A stretch of 64,000 nucleotides of DNA from Vicugna vicugna (GCA_013265495.1 MU057880.1:1270527-1334526), one strand, 5' to 3'; shown: positions 1 to 12,304, counted from the first letter of the stretch. Notes: a model not told the origin generated them from the sequence alone. A program made the numbers and translations.

Positions 1-1904
1 GGTGGCAAATATATTTTTGAGGGAATCAATTATTATTTAATTTGCTCGTTCATTCGGGTGACTGTTGAGCCCTGATTGTGTCCCAGCCACGAGGCAGGAC
101 CTGAAGATACAGGCGTGTATCAGCGCTGTCTGTCTTACCTCGTGGTTTTGTGGGGGTAGTAGAAAAAAGTCTACCCTGGTTTAATGGATGTTTTGTTTGT
201 GCACCGCATGCCATTCTGTTTCCCAGTTAGCAGCTGAGAGATTAAGGATTGGTATGGAATAGTCCCCAGCCCCAGGGACGATTTAGAAGCATTCACCGAC
301 GGTTTTTGGTTCAGCCACGGGCAGGTAACCAAGGGGCGAACCGGTGTCACCTTCTTTTCTCTGCAGTGATTGGCTTCTGCCTGAAGCTCGGAAAACTCAT
401 TTGGTGCTTGTGAGATGCTTGTAGGTTTTTGGACCTAGACGTGGAAGTCTGTTGCTTCAGGAAGCCACCCGGAGCTCAGGAGGAGAGCCAGCCTGAGGAG
501 GAAGTCAGTGTGGACAAGGCCACACACTGGAGGATGACAGAGCAATGCCACCAGCGCGCCTGAGCTGCCCCGGACCTACTCCACCCTTGGCGGTTCCAGG
601 TCTGCTTGCTAGTATGGTTTCTTCTTGGGATGCCGGAACTGAGTCTGTAGGTTTTCTGCTGCTGGAAAACAACATCAAAAGCACCCAAGTGATTACAAAT
701 GACATACCATGGGGTGAGTCAAAATTTGGAAATAAACAGAGGGAATGACGGATGGAGAGAGGAAGAATAAATCGGGGGGGAGAGGAGGTTGCAACTAAGT
801 CCATCTTGGAGAAAGGTGCAGGAAGGATCAAAAGCATCCTCTCTCGTGATGCAGAGAATTCGGTGTTCTGTCGGCACAGCTCCTCACTGCCGGGCTCTCC
901 AGGATTGCTGGAGAAATGGACCTCCCTCAACCCAGGCCCTGTGCCCAGGGGGACACTTCACCAACCTAAAGACATTGAGTCCAGGTGCCCGTGACTCACA
1001 CTGCCCTTTGGCAGCCCAGTGGCACATCAGTGCCCCGGATGCCGGTCGCCCTCCAAAGCCCTGTGGTGCTTCTGGGCTGTGGGTGAGGGAGGGGTGGCAG
1101 CACTCTGTGCTCTTCCCCGACCTCCGGCTCACAGCCCCTGGTGGACTGCATCCAGCCTCTGGCCCTTATCTCTGACCCCAACGGTGGATGCTGCTTCCTA
1201 CTCTTCCACAGAATTGCTTTGCATGGTCCCAGCCCCAGAGTCGGCCAGCAGTGTGAGGGAAACCAGAACGCAGATTGGGGCACCCTCTCTGGGCTCCTCT
1301 CTCCTCAAACCCCAGCTCCTTTGGCATCCCTGACTCCACATCTGTCTCAGCCTGGGGGGCTGCTGCCACCTTCTTGGGCTCCTGTCTCCCCGGGCACAAT
1401 TCAGAAGATGCCCACAGGAGAATTCCGACGTGTCTGTGGGGTGCCCCTGGTGTGCTTCCCTTTCTTAAGGATTCCAGCTGCTCCGTGATACTTGGGCTGG
1501 CTCTCCAAGGCCTTCAAAAGATGGCTTCCAGGTTGTTCCAACTTTTAAAGTTATTTTTGGTGGAAGATGTCATTTAATGTAAGCTACACTGTTGGATCTG
1601 GGGCTCAAAACTGCTGAATTTTATCGCTGAATTTTAACTTCAACAATGTCTTATTATCCTTTCTAAATTTTACTTTAAAATTTCTGTTCAATATGTGCTC
1701 AATCATTTTTAATCCCTTCTCACACTCACTTTATTGTCTTTTGAACATTATAGATATAGTAGACAGTAATTTGATATCTGGATTCTAATTCTAAAATTTC
1801 TCTGTCTCTTTTTCTTTTTTTCTTTTTAATATTGGTGATTTCTTATATTCACCTCATATAAACTGATATCCATTTGTAGAAAATTTAAATTTGAAAATTG
1901 TTTC

Positions 1905-2100
1905 TTTTTTTAAATTGAAGTATAGTTGATTTCCAATGCTGTGTTAGTTTCAAGTGTTCAAAAAAGTGAATCATTTATACATATATATGTGTGTGTGTAT
2001 ATATATATTTTTTTTCAGATTCTTTTCCATTATAGGTTATTACAAGATACTGAATACAGTTCTCTGTATTATACAATACAGAGAGCCTTTGTTGTTTATC
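1905..2100 (-). mobile_element. L1 3' end fragment
   Basis: Poly-T followed by aattgaagtatagttgattt...cagattcttttccattataggttattacaagata, a motif shared with many copies in this window. Confidence 0.85.
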
Positions 2101-2185
2101 TTTTTTTTTTTAATGGAGATACTGGGGATTGAACCCAGATCTCATGCTTGCTAAGCGTGTGCTCTATCACTGAGCTACACCCCCA
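2101..2185 (-). mobile_element. tRNA-derived SINE (Vic-1-like)
   Basis: The reverse complement has an A box (tagctcagtgatagagc), a B box (gggttcaatccc) and an A tail. Confidence 0.85.
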
Positions 2186-2261
2186 AGTTTGTTTTCTAAA
2201 TCTGTGAGTCTAGCCTCATAATGGCTACCATAGCTTAATGTTAAATTCTCTTTAAAAAGAT

Positions 2262-2399
2262 TTTTTTTTTAATTTTTAAATTTTTTCAAGGGGGAGACGT
2301 AATTAGATTTATTTGTTTGTTTTTAGTGGAGATACTGGGGATTGAACCCGGGACCTCATGCATGCTAAGCAAGTACTCTACCACTGAGCTACACTCCTC
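2262..2399 (-). mobile_element. tRNA-derived SINE (Vic-1-like)
   Basis: Same A and B boxes plus an aaacaaataaatctaattacgtctcccc tail segment. Confidence 0.85.
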
Positions 2400-2814
2400 A
2401 AATCTGTTTTCCAAATCTGTGAGTCTGGCCTCATGGTGGCTACCATAGCCCAATTTTAAATATCAAAGACAAAAATGTCCAAAGATTTGAATCCGAAGTA
2501 GCAAGCAGAATGTACCCCTGATTATCTTTTTTTTAAGTTTATGGGTTCATTTTAAAGAATATTAATGAATAACCCCTGATTATCTTTTAAGCCCTCTGTT
2601 AAGTATAGAAGAAGAAGGTGAAGCAGATTCTGGATGGTTTGCTATAGGTGTGAGTCAGTAAGACTATTTTCAGGCTATTTCTTGACCCCGAAATCAAGCG
2701 TCCATGGATGTTTTATCCACCGGTGGTTTCTTATAGTCTCTGTAGAGAATGCCCAGCCATCGGCAACATCTTTGCGAGAACAAGAGCAAGTCTAGGAACC
2801 ATCACTTCCTGCTG

Positions 2815-2925
2815 GGTATCAGGCACCGTGCTGAGTGCTTTACACGCACACGGTGTGTAATTCCTCCAACAGCCCTTGAACTAGATGTAACAATCTCAAG
2901 TTTTCAGATGAGGAAACCGAGCAAA
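2815..2925 (-). mobile_element. MIR fragment
   Basis: aggcaccgtgctgagtgcttta...ttttcagatgaggaaaccgag resembles the MIR core. Confidence 0.65.
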
Positions 2926-2939
2926 ATGAAATTTCTTGG

Positions 2940-3299
2940 TGTGTTAGTTCCGGCTGCTGTAACAAATTACCATAGATGGGGTGGTTAAAACAACAGAAAA
3001 TTGTTTCTCACAGTCCCAGAGGTGGGGGGTCTTGAGATCAGTGGGCCAGCGTGGCCGGGCTCTGGTTAAGAGCCCTCCCCGCGGTTTGGGGACGACTGTC
3101 TTCGTGCTGAGTCCGCAAAGGACACAGGGCAGAGAGTCAGGAAGCACACCCTCTGCCTCTTCTTACAAGGGTGCTAATCCCACCACGAGGGCTTTACTTC
3201 GTGGTCTCATCACCTCTGAAGGTCTCATCTCCAAGACGCCATCACGTTGGCCATCAGCGTTCCAACGTGAGTTTTGAGGGACACATTCCATCTGTAACA
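2940..3299 (-). mobile_element. MaLR solo LTR (MLT1A-like)
   Basis: TG...CA ends, ggctgctgtaacaaattaccataga motif, 5-bp TSD cttgg/cttgc. Confidence 0.8.
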
Positions 3300-4207
3300 C
3301 TTGCCGCGAGCACTTAGCTGAGACAAGAATAGTTGTTTACAGATTCCTCAGCTCAGCTGAATTTAAACGCAGGTGTATTGTCATTAGCTGTATTGTCTGG
3401 TTATTTCTAGAGTTTTATAATTAGTTGCAAAGATAAAGCAAGGAGAATTGCCTTTGAGATGGTGATGACCTCAAAATTATCTTCATTCCCCAAAGAACCT
3501 CAGAGTAATGTGCTTTCTTAACCAAAGCGTTGGTTATTTCCTGTGGGAAATTATGTTCTATTTAGAGAAACAGCATGTTCATTCTTATAACACTATTTGA
3601 TTTTTTCTATGTGCTATAGTGCTTTGTATCTGTTCATCGTTTTAACTTCAGAAACCATTCCAGGCTTCTCACCAAAGCTTCTTGGCTTACAATTTTTGGC
3701 AACGATACACACTATGTGGCCACAGGAATCAGATGACTGCCTTTTGGAAACCAGTGTGATTTTACCCTACAGTGTGTCTCTCTGGGTGCAGAACTGGTGA
3801 TGGCTTGGAGAAGATTTGGTTTCTTTCTGCCATTTGCCTTAGACAGTCCCTCCACACCCAGCCACAAGGGGTCCTGGTTTTCATTTTGTGGATTGTGAAT
3901 TGTAGTCTCTCTCAAATACTTTCTTTTGCCAGTATTTCCACACCATGACCCTGCTTTGAGAAAGGGGCTGGAATGCATAGGGCTGGGTAGGTGAAGGTGG
4001 CTGATACTCACATTCCGTCTGTTCTAATCCGGTGGATGAAATGTCCAGGAGGAAACAGATCACTCGTAAAGAGGGAAAAGGTGCAGGGCGCCCTTACCTG
4101 ATGTTGCTCTGAGTCTTCACACAACTTTTCACTCTATCTTTCCTGTTTGGGCATTTTCCCCTCTTCTTCCTTGCCTGCCCTATTCTTTTTGGCTCCTCCC
4201 ACCAGGG

Positions 4208-4845
4208 CAGTGGTCCTCAGCCAATCAGCGTGCACCAGATTACCTGGAGGGCTTGTTACCCTTGTGAACGAAAAATACTGCAAGCCACATCAGTAAACAA
4301 AGAATACTGAAGCCATCAAGTCATCAGCGGCTGCCGCCACCCCCCAGTGAGGACAGGCCTGCAGCCCGGCCGCTGCAGCCACTCACAGTGGTGCCCTCTG
4401 AGGGGACTCAGAATAAGAAAGGACGGGACACTGGCCCTAGATGGCTAGGTGCTTGTCAAAGGGATGAATTCAGCGAGCCCAAATGTTTGCTCCCTCCCAT
4501 ACCCAGAAAAGCGCTACATTCTTTAACTTGAGATGTCTGATCTTCACTTAACAAGTAATTTTGTAGTGTTCTGACTGCTTAGTCTTTGTTGTAAAGCTCC
4601 TATAGACCCTAGCTCCTGCCCTACCTCTGGAACAGCCCCTCAGAGCGATCTGAGAGGCTGTCATCCCAGGCTGAGTCCTCAGAAATGTCCACTGAATGAA
4701 CATAACTCTCAACTTTTAGGCTGTGCATTTATTTCAGTCGACGCCCTGCAGATTGATTCAGTGGGTCGGGGGTGAGGCTTAAGGACTGCAGTTCTCATAA
4801 ATTCCCAGGTAATGTCGACGCCCCTGGTCCAGGGCCAGTGCTTTA
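4208..4845. mobile_element. MER5A-like hAT element split by an LTR
   Basis: Left part cagtggtcctcagcc..cagattacctggagggcttgtta; right part tgattcagtgggtcgggggtgagg..ttcccaggtaatg..ctggtccaggg. Confidence 0.65.
4263..4743 (+). mobile_element. ERV1-type solo LTR
   Basis: TGTGAAC start, a U5-like end (aactctcaacttttaggctgtgcatttatttcagtcgac) and an exact 4-bp TSD ccct at 4259-4262 and 4744-4747. Confidence 0.75.
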
Positions 4846-5616
4846 TCATCTTAATATTTTCCTTCATTCACTCATGGATTCCTTCGTTCTACACTGATTG
4901 AGCCATCACTGAGCTGGGCAGCACCTGAGACCCTGCGTGACCCCCACTGCCCACAGAACCCAGCTTTGGGAACTGGCATTTAGTGGGTCTTTAATAAATG
5001 TTAGGTTATTGTACAACCTACATTTCCCCAGATCTCAACAGACAGCGAGTACCTAGCTCTCCTTAATGGGACTGACTCAAACTGTACTGATGCTCACCCT
5101 CTTCTGCAGAAAGCAAGACCTCCGGCAGCTCTCGAAAAGCACTCACACGTGTCCCAGGGAGGCCTGGGCTTGTCACGCGTGTGCGAAGAACCCAGTCAGA
5201 TCTGGTTACCGCACGCCCGTCTCTCTCCTGGCTGTTTTCTGTCCATGCAGCTACTGAAGGGCGACCCGCTGCCCTGCCTGGGCTGCTGCTGCCTTCTCCA
5301 GGGTCCACGCCAGGACCCCAGTGTCCCCGCAGCTGTCAGTGTCTGCAAGTGAGGGAGGATGGGCTGCCCCTCAACCTTGCGTCCCATTTCCTTGCCTGGA
5401 AACCAGTGTGTGCTGCTGGTGCCTCAGTGTCTCAGAAAAATACATGAAAGCACCTCTATCAGGGTTTGTCTGTGGTTCTCTCCTGGGGCTTGAATCTGTC
5501 AGGTGGGATACATGACACTAATGCATCCTGTCTTTTCTAATCGTTTCTCTGTCAATTCATAAAACATGCATGTGTGGTTTCCACACCCTTGTTGCTCAAA
5601 CACGGCCTCTGTACCC

Positions 5617-6100
5617 TGTTTACCAAATTGAGACTTGAGGACAGAGTTGTGGACAAAGTAGAAAAGGCAGCTTAATTTCTTTGCAGGCAAAGAAGGTCAC
5701 AGTGGGCTAATGCCTCTAAGACTTGAGCCTGCTGGGGAGAGAAGGCAGTAAAAGTTCAAGGGTTCAGGGGGCGGAGCTGGTTTCCATAGAGATCAAACAC
5801 AGGGTAACAAATTTTTGCAAAGTTGTCCTTGGTTTTGCAGATGCAGTTACCCTCTTCCATCTACTGGGTATGAAGCTCACCTCTGGCTCTGGGACTCTCA
5901 ATATTCTTATTCCTAGAACACAGGATGTATAGGAAGGGGCTCCACGCAAAAGAGCTCTAGAGAGAAACTTGTGCAGTTTAAAGTCAAATTGATAAATGCT
6001 TTTAGCCTTTATAGCAGGCTGAGGCCTGGGACCTTCTGTTGCAGGCTGAGGGCTGCAGCTCAAACAATAGGATACAAGGAAATCACAAGGGGTCAAGAGG
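5617..6100 (-). mobile_element. Probable ERV LTR fragment
   Basis: gacagagttgtggacaaagtagaaaagg..tttctttgcaggcaaag..cacagtgggctaatgcc resembles the antisense end of a cetartiodactyl ERV1 LTR. Right boundary uncertain. Confidence 0.45.
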
Positions 6101-7053
6101 AGGGCACCGGAGGCAGGAGCAGGGCACCGAGCATGACCCCTGCACACAGGGGGTTGGGCAGACCACCCAAGCCTCCCTCCTCTCCAGCCCAACCCTGGTC
6201 AGAAAGAGCATGAGAAAAGCCTTGAAACCATGATGCAATCAGGCAGCTGCAAACACCATCGCAGATACCAGACGGTCACCGACGACAACAGGGTCTTGCC
6301 CGGTCACAGCCCACAGCTTGTCAGCTATGCCACACGTGTCAGAAGCACAGTGGGGGACACAGCTGAGTCTCAAGACAACCAGATAAGAATTACAAAAAGG
6401 ACCCCAGATTTCCGTCTACCTTCTTCTGTAATTTCAGGTGTTTAATTGTAGCTCCAGTACCTTCCTAATGTGCTAAACTTGGTCTAGGAAGGCCGGGGGC
6501 CTTTCTTCCTTTAAATGTACTCTGCCTGCTGCTTACTCTTTCACACTGAGTCGCCTTAGGGGAGGAGAGAGGAGACTGTGGCTCTGTGCTCAGCTTCCTG
6601 CAAGGAGACTAGGGATTCAGACGTGGATGGAAAATCACTGCTGCTTGGGGAGTGCTCTCCAAAGCCAAGGATGCCCCGGGGCCAGTGCGTCTGTCCTGCC
6701 TTCTGTGCGTGTGGCGGGGGAGTGGCGCGGGAGGCCGAGAGTTCAGCACCCACGGCTGGACAGAGAAGCCTGGTTGTCTGGACGGGCCGGGGGCTCCGAG
6801 GAGGAACTCAGGCTGCCTCTGACTCACGTACTTCTTCAGTTACTCCACGATGACTCTGGGTGCCCTTGGGTTTTAGAACTAGGAAACAAATGCTGATTTT
6901 TATAACATGCATAGATCGTCTAGCCACCCAGGAGCGAAACGAGGACCATACCAGTATCTGTTCTTCCCGACGGACGTCACGTTGGCTGCCGCACGTTCCA
7001 TCGCTTTCCCGGGCAGCGCTCCGGCCGCGCGAACACTGCTCAGCTTCTGGTCA

Positions 7054-7633
7054 TGTGGCAGAAACATCCTACCACAAACACAACGTTAAATAAAAGGAAC
7101 AAAGATTCCCAGGGAGATGGGGCTCCAGGGAAGATTGCAGGAGATTTCTACGCTGGGAAAAGGCAGGGAGACTCATGTCACTCTTCAGCAGGTGTGACAG
7201 CAGACAGAGGGAGGACCTAATGCAATGAGAAGCGGGCAGTTCGTCCCCTGGAAACAGGCCTGTTGGACACTCTCTCGGTCACCCGTGAGCCAGGGCTGTG
7301 GGTCTCAGCATCCCTCCGTAGAGTTGTAAGGCTAGCTCTGAGGAGACACGGAGTTTTCTCTGGAAGTGCTTCTCCTACGGAAAGCAGATGTGGTGGCCCT
7401 GGGAAAAGTGTAGGTCAACGGGAAAAATGTCTTTAAGGAGCAAGTCATCAGGTGCCAGATGCAGGTGCACATATTTCTATAAAACGTAACACAATAGCTG
7501 CAATTTCTTTTTATGGTTTTAAAGACAGGTATGATGTAGAGCGCTGTTTAAGGAATGGTCAACGTCTTGGTGCCAGTTAAACATCTCTGTAAGAAAATTT
7601 CCAAGATGACAGGGCTAAGAGTTTTTCAGTGAC
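7054..7633. mobile_element. Possible old LTR
   Basis: Imperfect inverted ends tgtggcagaaa...tttcagtgaca; no TSD found. Confidence 0.25.
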
Positions 7634-8582
7634 ACGCCAGGCTAGCTGGCTGCTGCCCAGGCCTGGTGTGAGAGTGGGTGGCGGGAGGATTAGCTGATTC
7701 CACGTGACAAGCAGGACAGAAGTCATACCCAAGGACTGAGGCTAAGCCAGGATTAGAGGTCTAGAGGGGCTCTGGGTCCTAGAGGTCAGGAGGGCGGTGG
7801 GCAAGGGTTAGGGACCCAGCGGGCAGGTCTGATCAGCACAGAGTGGAGACAAAGCATCCATCTGTAGATCTGCAATCTGTAACAAGCCTAAGCCAACCAC
7901 AGCAAGGAGGAGCTTACGACTTAGCTTTGCAGGGGCCAGAGGCCTTACCTATGCCTCCGAGGGGCGGGCCTGAGGCCGCAGCTGCAGGGAGCAGTACCCC
8001 TGCCACGGTGGACACTTGGGGAAAGGAGACTGTTCTGAGGTGGGAAACTTGGAGCCCTCCCCACTGTCGGATCTGGTCCTGGAGTGCTCCCAGGTTGAAA
8101 GAGAAGCATCTTTCCCACACTCGGATCTCACCGCTGGAAGCCTGGAAGGATTTAAAAATTATTTCCCTGCCAGGAAAACCTATGACTTATCACTTGCCTG
8201 CAGAAAGGTGTTAATTTGCTCCTGAAACCAGCCCCTTAACTTTTAGAAGAGCGCATCATAACCCTGCATGTTAGACGTTTTTCGAACAATGGATTGGGGG
8301 TTCCACCTCACACCCATTACATGGGAATCTCCGGGGAGCCGGCTGGGACCTAGGCATCTATCTGTTTCTGACAGTTTCAGCGACTTCATTGTTCTTTAAC
8401 CTCTTCACTGAATTTTTAAATGATGAAAGTATGAGCTCTTCACTGCAAGTAAAAAAGATGGAAAAAATGATTATTTTTCCACTGTCTTTCTAGAAGGGAT
8501 TTAGCGTATGTCTACATGCTATAAAGAATATTCTTGTTTACCCACCACCTCTTTCAGTTTTATTAAAGGATAAGAGATAGCC

Positions 8583-8585
8583 ATA

Positions 8586-8616
<31 letters not shown>

Positions 8617-8618
8617 AG

Positions 8619-8652
<34 letters not shown>
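8583..8652. repeat. Compound microsatellite (TA)n(TAGATA)n(GA)n
   Basis: Seen directly. Confidence 0.95.
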
Positions 8653-8656
<4 letters not shown>

Positions 8657-9550
8657 GTGCACCAATCATAAATGGACAGCCAATGAACTATCCCCAAATA
8701 AATACCATCTGGGTCAAGAGCATCACCACCAGCCCCAGACCCTGCCCATGTTTCTTCTCCACCATCACCTCCATAATTGTATCAAAATTCTCAGGTTATT
8801 CTAATGGTCCAGACCATTATCTTCTTCAATTTGTTTTCCCCAAAGATTTTTTTTTTAGTGGAGAGAAAATATGTTAGGTATGAGGATTAGTGTATCAGTC
8901 ACTCGGAGTTAATAATAGCTGTAACGATAACAAATGCTTTGAATGTTTTACGTGTACTCACACGGCAGAGCTGAAACTTCTATCGTGGCAACAGATTTTC
9001 GAACCATTAGTCATGCAAGGAATTTAGCCTGATTTTTCCAAAACTAAATGAAATTTTCTCTTGAGTCTCATGATACCTTTCTAGTCAGTTTCAGCAGAGA
9101 CCACGAGCAACATGTGGTCCCGTTGCCAAACGCGCCCAGGGAAGGAGGCTGCCGTGCTGGGGAGCCTAAGGTTGCTGGGGTGAAGGGTGAGGACCATGTC
9201 CGTTGGACCTCTTGTGGACGATACATCCAGGCCCGAGTGAGGAAGCCAGCCTTCTGGTCATCTTAAATGCTTCCCAAGAGAACAGCCTGAAGAAATGAGG
9301 CGGTCTCCGTGGAACAGTGGGCTGCCGGATTCCAAGGCACCAGCAGCCAGCCAAGGAGACAGCGATCTTCAACATGATGGCAAAATGTCTCCAAAGGTCA
9401 GCTTTATACACCTGCTGCACCCTGAGAGCCGGTATGCCCGTTCACAACAATGACAGTGGAGTAGCAGGAACATTTCTGCTGATCCCACCCCTCCCTCCCC
9501 ACCACCCTGTGACTCCAAAAGAGCTGGAGCCAAACTCAAAGTGGAGTGAC

Positions 9551-10038
9551 TGTAACAGGGAAGTATAAGTCTGACTCCACGTTGGATCCATTTCTTTCAC
9601 TTTGATCTTTGTATCTATTGCTTTTGCTTCCAGTTCATCACTTAAGGGATGTAGCCTATAAGCTTAAATTATACATAATGGTGCATCTCTGGGAAGCCTG
9701 TCTCCTAGATAATGAGCATTAAGCTAAAATATCTTTGTTTTTAGCTCACAGGAAACATCTGACCAGGCCCACTTGGGAATGGATGCAGGAAGGGAGAAAT
9801 TAACACGGCCCCTCTGGAGGCTGACTGGAGCCAGGAAATATTTGACTTTACTCCCTCCCCTTTGAGTATAAAGGAAGCCCCAATTCTAACTCAGGGAAGA
9901 TGGTTCTTTGGGACACTAGTCCACCATCTTCTCGACCTGCGGCTTTCTGAATAAAATCATTATTCCTTGTCCCAACACCTCATCCCTTGATTTACTGACC
10001 TTTGTGCAGTGAGCAGTACATGCTTGGGCTCAGTGATG
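9551..10038 (+). mobile_element. ERV1-type solo LTR, sense to GASK1B
   Basis: TGTAACAGG start, TATAAA at 9867, AATAAA at 9950, a decayed end (cagtgatg), flanks tgac/tgag. Confidence 0.75.
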
Positions 10039-10448
10039 TGAGTGGGTGGGTGGATGAGGAATAAAGCCCTAGACAGAAGAAATAATCCTAGATGGATTTC
10101 CTCTCCCCTTTTTCAGTAGCTTTTGGCCATACTTTTTGAGGGACAGCTAGCTTCCAGACAGGGGAAATGCTTTAAATTTAAAAGAAATTTGAAAATCTTG
10201 ACCATTATGTAGAATCCAACTTTTGATTAGGTGTGTGTCTTTGACAAAAAGGACCAGAGAAATCTTTAAAAATCTCAATACGACTAGGGAAGTCCTGCTT
10301 GAGTTTTTATCCAAAGGAGTTGAAAAGAGCTACTAGGTCCACAGAGCAGTGGGGAGAATGATTAAAACTGGTTTCTGATTATATCTGCTGAGCATGGTTT
10401 CTGCATTGTATTTGTAATATCAATATACTAGCAACACCAATAATTATA

Positions 10449-10982
10449 TTTTTTAAACTGAAGTGTAGTTGATTTACAATGTTGTTAGTCTCTTTTTTTT
10501 CTTATTTTTATTGTTTTTTTAATTCATTTATTTGATTACTTTATTTATTTATTTTATTCAGTCAGTTACAATGTGTCAATTTCTGGTGTACAGCACGGTG
10601 TCCCAGTCATCCATATACATACTCTGGTGTACAGCATAGTGATTCAGTTACATGTATATTCATTTTCATATTCTTTTCCAGTATAGGTTATTACAAGATA
10701 TTGAATAAAATTCCCTGTGCTATACAGTAGGGCCTTGCCGTTTATCTATTTTATGTAGTAGTAGCTTGTATCTGCTAGTCCCAAACTCTCAATTTATCCT
10801 TCCCCTCTCCCTCTCCCCTTCGTAACCATAAATTTTTCTCTATGGCTGTGAGTCTCTTTCTCTTTTGTAAATAAGTTCATTGGTCTCATTTCTTACATTG
10901 TACATATAAGTGATATCATATGATATTCGTTTTTCTCCATCTAATTACTTCACTTAGTATGATAATCTCTGGGTCCTTTCAT
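10449..10982 (-). mobile_element. L1 3' end with a nested younger L1 tail (about 10491-10621)
   Basis: Two successive poly-T plus acaatg..ctggtgtacagca terminal motifs. Confidence 0.8.
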
Positions 10983-12179
10983 ATTTCAACAATAAGTCAA
11001 TGAACTGGTTCCTAACTCTACCAGACAGCATCCCCTTGGTGCAATGGTGACTCCCTGTCAAGAAGTATGTGCTGGGACAAGGGCCTCCCAGAAGTTCAAT
11101 ACGGTGTCAGGGACAAAAACACTCCAAATTTTCATCCTATCACCATTGTCTCACTCAGGCGTCCCAAGAAACCCACGAGGTAAGTGCGACCATCATTCGT
11201 CTCTTCGACAAAGGAAATGAGGCTAGAGAGGAGGTGGGTTTCCTGTGCCTGCAGGAAGGACCAGAGCCAGGAAGCGAGAGGGTGGGACTCCAAGCCATGC
11301 CTCACCTTCTGAAGCCCTTTCCCTAAGTATTACCCTCTTCAGCCTCCGCTAATCCCTCTTGTGGCTGGAAGGGAGGTGATATATTGGCCTTTTAATAAAA
11401 AGACATTTTGCTGGGGGGAGAGGTGCAGTCAACAGATGTACTAACTTGACAGCTCTTATCTACTTCCTAAGCATTTCTTCACCAAACAAACAAAAAACTG
11501 CTTTAGAAACAGCTGGTGGAAGCTTCTGTTTAGTATAACCCAGTCTCTGCCAAAGACAATTTTAATTTTTAGAGTCAGGTCAGTTATTCTTCGGAAGATA
11601 TGTAAACAACAAGATAGTTTGAAAAACCAGCCTTGAGACAGTTTCCTTTGCAGAAGTTAATATTTACTAGCTAGAAAATAATTCTGTGCTTAGAGAAGGG
11701 TTCCTTAAGAGTACTGGAACACCAAGGAAATTGACTGGATGCTTAACTTCTCATGAAGTTTAACCAAAATCGACAAGTACTTCCAGGCCTGTGTCAATAT
11801 TGAAATTGTTTCTTCTTCCTCCACGTGGCAGAACTTGTCAAGAGGGAGAAAGGTCTGCGTTTAAGAGTGCTAAAGTAACAGTTCTGTTACAATATTTGGT
11901 ATTTTACACTTGGAAATTTATTCATTCTTTCCCTCTATATTCCAATACCTTGACCCTTTTTTGCATCGTAAAAAGGCAAACTTGTTAGGATTGTACACCA
12001 CACCCCAATCCCTTACCTGCCCCCCACCCCCATAGCACAACCTTCCTTTCCGGTGGGAAAACCTTTCCTGTCCCCGTCCTGCCCTGCCGTCCAGATTCTA
12101 TTTGCTGTAGAAGGAAAATCTAAGTGAGACCAGAGGTTATCAACCCTGCCTCTGTGCCAGGACACACAAACCACCTAAA

Positions 12180-12282
12180 CCAATCACTAACCTTTTTTTT
12201 TTAAAAAAAACAAAACCCTCCAATCAGAGAGGATCCACAACTTCTTGGGAACTGCTGCACCTGGCAGAGGCAACACTATAAA
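12180..12282 (+). promoter_or_regulatory. Putative GASK1B promoter: two CCAAT boxes plus a TATA box
   Basis: CCAATCA at 12180 and 12220, TATAAA at 12277-12282, a T10A8 tract between the CCAAT boxes, and a consensus splice donor about 155 nt downstream. Confidence 0.55.
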
Positions 12283-12304
12283 CGTCTCTCCCCATCCATG
12301 TGCA

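Noticed and set aside
476..1577. Cluster of overlapping ORFs, including in-frame 545-748 and 752-994 separated by a single TGA
   Set aside because: No recognisable protein or domain, and ORFs in many frames are expected in GC-rich DNA. A lncRNA exon cannot be excluded (donor-like GGG|GTGAGT near 714).
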